Assembly (NCBI GenBank): GCA_009859145.1
Contig: VRVR01000029.1
Location: forward strand, 124,001 to 188,000
Direction of reading: 5' to 3'
Source: Andalucia godoyi And28
Lineage: Eukaryota; Protista; Jakobida
Length of the DNA stretch: 64,000 bases
Shown: one piece after another, positions 61,569 through 64,000 of the stretch
How the letters are laid out: the number at the start of each line of letters is the position of its first letter
How positions within the stretch are numbered: the stretch's first letter is position 1
Translations under genes and position numbers: made by a program
The notes under the pieces: generated by a model
The model's database searches: none
Seen by the model: only the letters and a program-made list of their open reading frames with translations
What the model was told of the DNA's origin: nothing

Positions 61569-62720
61569 ATGGACATGAACTTGGGATTTCTCCCTTTTCA
61601 AGAGAATCAGTCGCACCATAGCGGAACTAAGAGCGGGACTGCTACTCCATCTCCATCTCCATCTCCATCTCCATCTCCATCTCCATCTCCTTCTGCTTCT
61701 CCGTCTGCATTACCTTCTCGCACTTCACCGACGTCCTGTGTGCGGTGCCGCGTGTTGCACAAGAAATGCGACAGATCCGGACCGCCATGCAATCGATGTC
61801 GCGACGGCGGGTTTCCGGCATGCGAGTACAGCGGACGCACGGTCGGTCGACCTCCCAAAGGGCTTCTTCGGTTCCATCAGCCTCCGCGTCCGAGGCCTGG
61901 CACAACACAGCAAAAGCAGGTGCAAGATCTAGAAGGAAACAAGGAGGAAGAACAGGAACAAGATGGTGGTGATGGTGGTAGTGGTGAGGCGACATTGCGT
62001 CATTCTTCCAATTCTCATTCTCGCCAAAGTATGCAGACGAAAAAAAAGAAAAGCGTGTTGTGTCGCAAAGGTTCCGTTCGAGGGGACTTAGAAGAGGAAG
62101 CAAAGCCAGAGGAGGAGAAAAGGAAAGAGAAGGGAAGAGAACAGAATGGAAGTGGAGCAATTCATGAGCTGCGTCGACAGCCACAGATCGGGTTTCAGCC
62201 GTACAGCTCAGCTCCAATCCCAACCACGACTAGGGTTCATCGGTCTTATTGGTGTCCTCCTATTCCCCCGCTCTCTTTCTCCTTCTCCCACGCAGCCCCA
62301 CCGCCACCGCTTCCTTCTTTTGCTCAACATCCTTATACCTCCAATCACTTTCAGTCGGATGTTGGAAGTGGAGTCGGACATCAGCGGGTGGGAGGATGGG
62401 ACACGTATGATCTCGTCTGCAGTCGTGTACAAAGTGTGCTCGCGGCCATTGCAATGAACAGAAGACGACCGGTGCCACTGAATGGAATTTCCAGTGGGAG
62501 TGCTTTAGGGGACGCGCCCGGAAGTATGTCTGTTGAAGAAGAGCAAGTATTGCGAATGTTTGCGGATGCGTGCCACTATGCTGAACACCGGCGCACTCCG
62601 CTTTCACTGCCCTTGCTATTTCATCCTCATGCGTTTCCTCACCCGCATCCGCAATCTCACCACCATTCTTTTCATCCTTTTGTTTATGCACAAAGGCAAC
62701 AACACCATCACCATGTGTAG
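61569..62720 (+). CDS. Zn(II)2Cys6 (GAL4-type) transcription factor B, 383 aa
   Basis: CVRCRVLHKKCDRSGPPCNRCRDGGFPAC (CX2CX6CX6CX2CX7C), then GRPPK. (PS)n N-terminus and His/Pro-rich tail. Confidence 0.88.
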   Translation: MDMNLGFLPFQENQSHHSGTKSGTATPSPSPSPSPSPSPSPSASPSALPSRTSPTSCVRCRVLHKKCDRSGPPCNRCRDGGFPACEYSGRTVGRPPKGLLRFHQPPRPRPGTTQQKQVQDLEGNKEEEQEQDGGDGGSGEATLRHSSNSHSRQSMQTKKKKSVLCRKGSVRGDLEEEAKPEEEKRKEKGREQNGSGAIHELRRQPQIGFQPYSSAPIPTTTRVHRSYWCPPIPPLSFSFSHAAPPPPLPSFAQHPYTSNHFQSDVGSGVGHQRVGGWDTYDLVCSRVQSVLAAIAMNRRRPVPLNGISSGSALGDAPGSMSVEEEQVLRMFADACHYAEHRRTPLSLPLLFHPHAFPHPHPQSHHHSFHPFVYAQRQQHHHHV

Positions 62721-63122
62721 AATGAATGAATGCACGATGATTCTTCTTATTACTTGTTGTTACTGCTTTGGTGGTAGAATTCTTCCCACAGGAGAAGCAA
62801 AAAAAACAAAAAAAAAAAACATTAATTAATGGAGCCAGAATTCTCGGTTTCCAAAACCGCGTCGCAGTCCGAGCTGTCGTTGAGGACTGGAGGGGAGGCA
62901 CCTAGGGTACTAGTGGTGCTGGTAATGTTTCCGTTTGACGGGGAGAAGAGCGCGCAATGGCGGAGCGAAACCAAGAAAAAAGAGCCAGGAGCCAGGGCTT
63001 GGTGACACACCGTGAGCACCGCCTTGGATAGCAGGACGCAAACAACTCGACAATGTTTTTGCTCGCATGCAAAGAACCCATGTCCTGGATCCTCCGCCCA
63101 CATCCATAGCGCATCCATCCAT

Positions 63123-63578
63123 TTATCTTTTTATCACAGTTCCTGCTGGAGGAACAGTGCCCATGATTCGCATCTCGCAGTTTGCAAGATGCGGCAGAGA
63201 GCGATGCATGCACGGATCCACGCATTCCCAGATCGTCTGCGCAATCTGCAGAGTATCTCCATGTGCAACCAACACAACCATGCACCCAGAGTACCTGTTC
63301 TGAGCATCCTGCAGCAAGGAGCATAGCCGATCTCGCACCTCATATGGAGTTTCCTGCGAGAAGTGCGATGTGTTTCGCGGATCCGCACTCGCATCGATTT
63401 GCCAAACAAGATCATATCCCTGATTGGACGCTAGTTCCAACACCGGGCCAAAGTACCGTTCTCGCAATCGCACATCTTGCACAACGTCTTGCTCTTGCTT
63501 TCCAAGACGTTTCGCAACAATCGCCGCCGTTTCTCTGTTATTCTCCACTCCAACCCAATACAAAATACACACATTAAT

Positions 63579-63613
<35 letters not shown>

Positions 63614-63960
63614 GCAAGCGCGTTAGACTAGATTTAACGACAGCAGCTCGCAACAACAACAACAAAAAACAAAACAAAACAAAAAAAAGAAACAATTTCG
63701 TTTCCATACACTGCTCGTTTGAACGTGGAGGACAGAATGACTATCTTCTGTCCATTGATCACTCCGTCCTCGTTGACGGCCGTCAACAAGCGCGACAAGT
63801 CCACGGTTTGGGCTTGCAGCTTTCCGGTTTCTGTAAGGCCGTAGCACGGATCTCCATTCACGGGGTCGCTCACAATCACACCCGCAACATTTGCCTCGGA
63901 TTCGCCATGCCGAAGTATCGCAAAGCGCAGATCTGCTTCGCTCATGTCTTTTTTGTCCAT
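63123..63960 (-). CDS. Histidine phosphatase / PGM-like family protein, 2 exons, 220 aa
   Basis: RHGE motif (AILRHGESEAN). Exon 1 63960-63710, intron 63709-63535 (GTATGG..CAG, contains (GT)n), exon 2 63534-63123. Splicing restores SSTFKRAVETA; also LRERYFG and LVAHGD. Confidence 0.9.
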
Positions 63961-64000
63961 CAAATAGGTACATAATGATTAGGAAAATAGATTTAAAAAA

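Noticed and set aside
62822-63118. 98-aa minus-strand ORF directly after the histidine phosphatase stop
   Set aside because: No recognisable motif, and it lies in the probable 3' UTR. It cannot be supported without expression data.

Overview
This is eukaryotic nuclear DNA from a compact, gene-dense, intron-poor protist. It is not bacterial or viral. I can support about 36 protein-coding genes, six of them with a single spliceosomal intron (donors GTATGC, GTATGG or GTACGT), one tRNA gene, several microsatellites and a duplicated ~212/224-nt element that looks like a structured RNA. No CRISPR array, transposase or retroelement ORF is visible. Housekeeping genes include IRC3-like helicase, SKA1, MSH3, cathepsin B-like protease, Costars, uL24m, RRP40, eS24, AFG2, a cullin, an AP endonuclease, TEL2, HGD, DIS3, an RCC1-repeat protein and a tandem USP. 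The most interesting items are: (1) a two-TM protein with ENaC/DEG- and PAC(TMEM206)-like motifs; (2) two near-identical copies of an unrecognised ncRNA-like element with box C/D-like motifs, flanking a Q/GM-rich gene; (3) an intact tRNA-Ile with the GAU anticodon, which is rare in eukaryotic nuclei; (4) a bacterial-type rubrerythrin-associated Fe-S oxidoreductase with a probable mitochondrial presequence; (5) a head-to-head pair of Zn(II)2Cys6 factors; (6) GEX1/Brambleberry-, kaptin- and ASDURF-like genes. The gene content and intron style would fit a jakobid such as Andalucia, but that is inference only. All family calls come from motif recognition by eye; no database searches were run.
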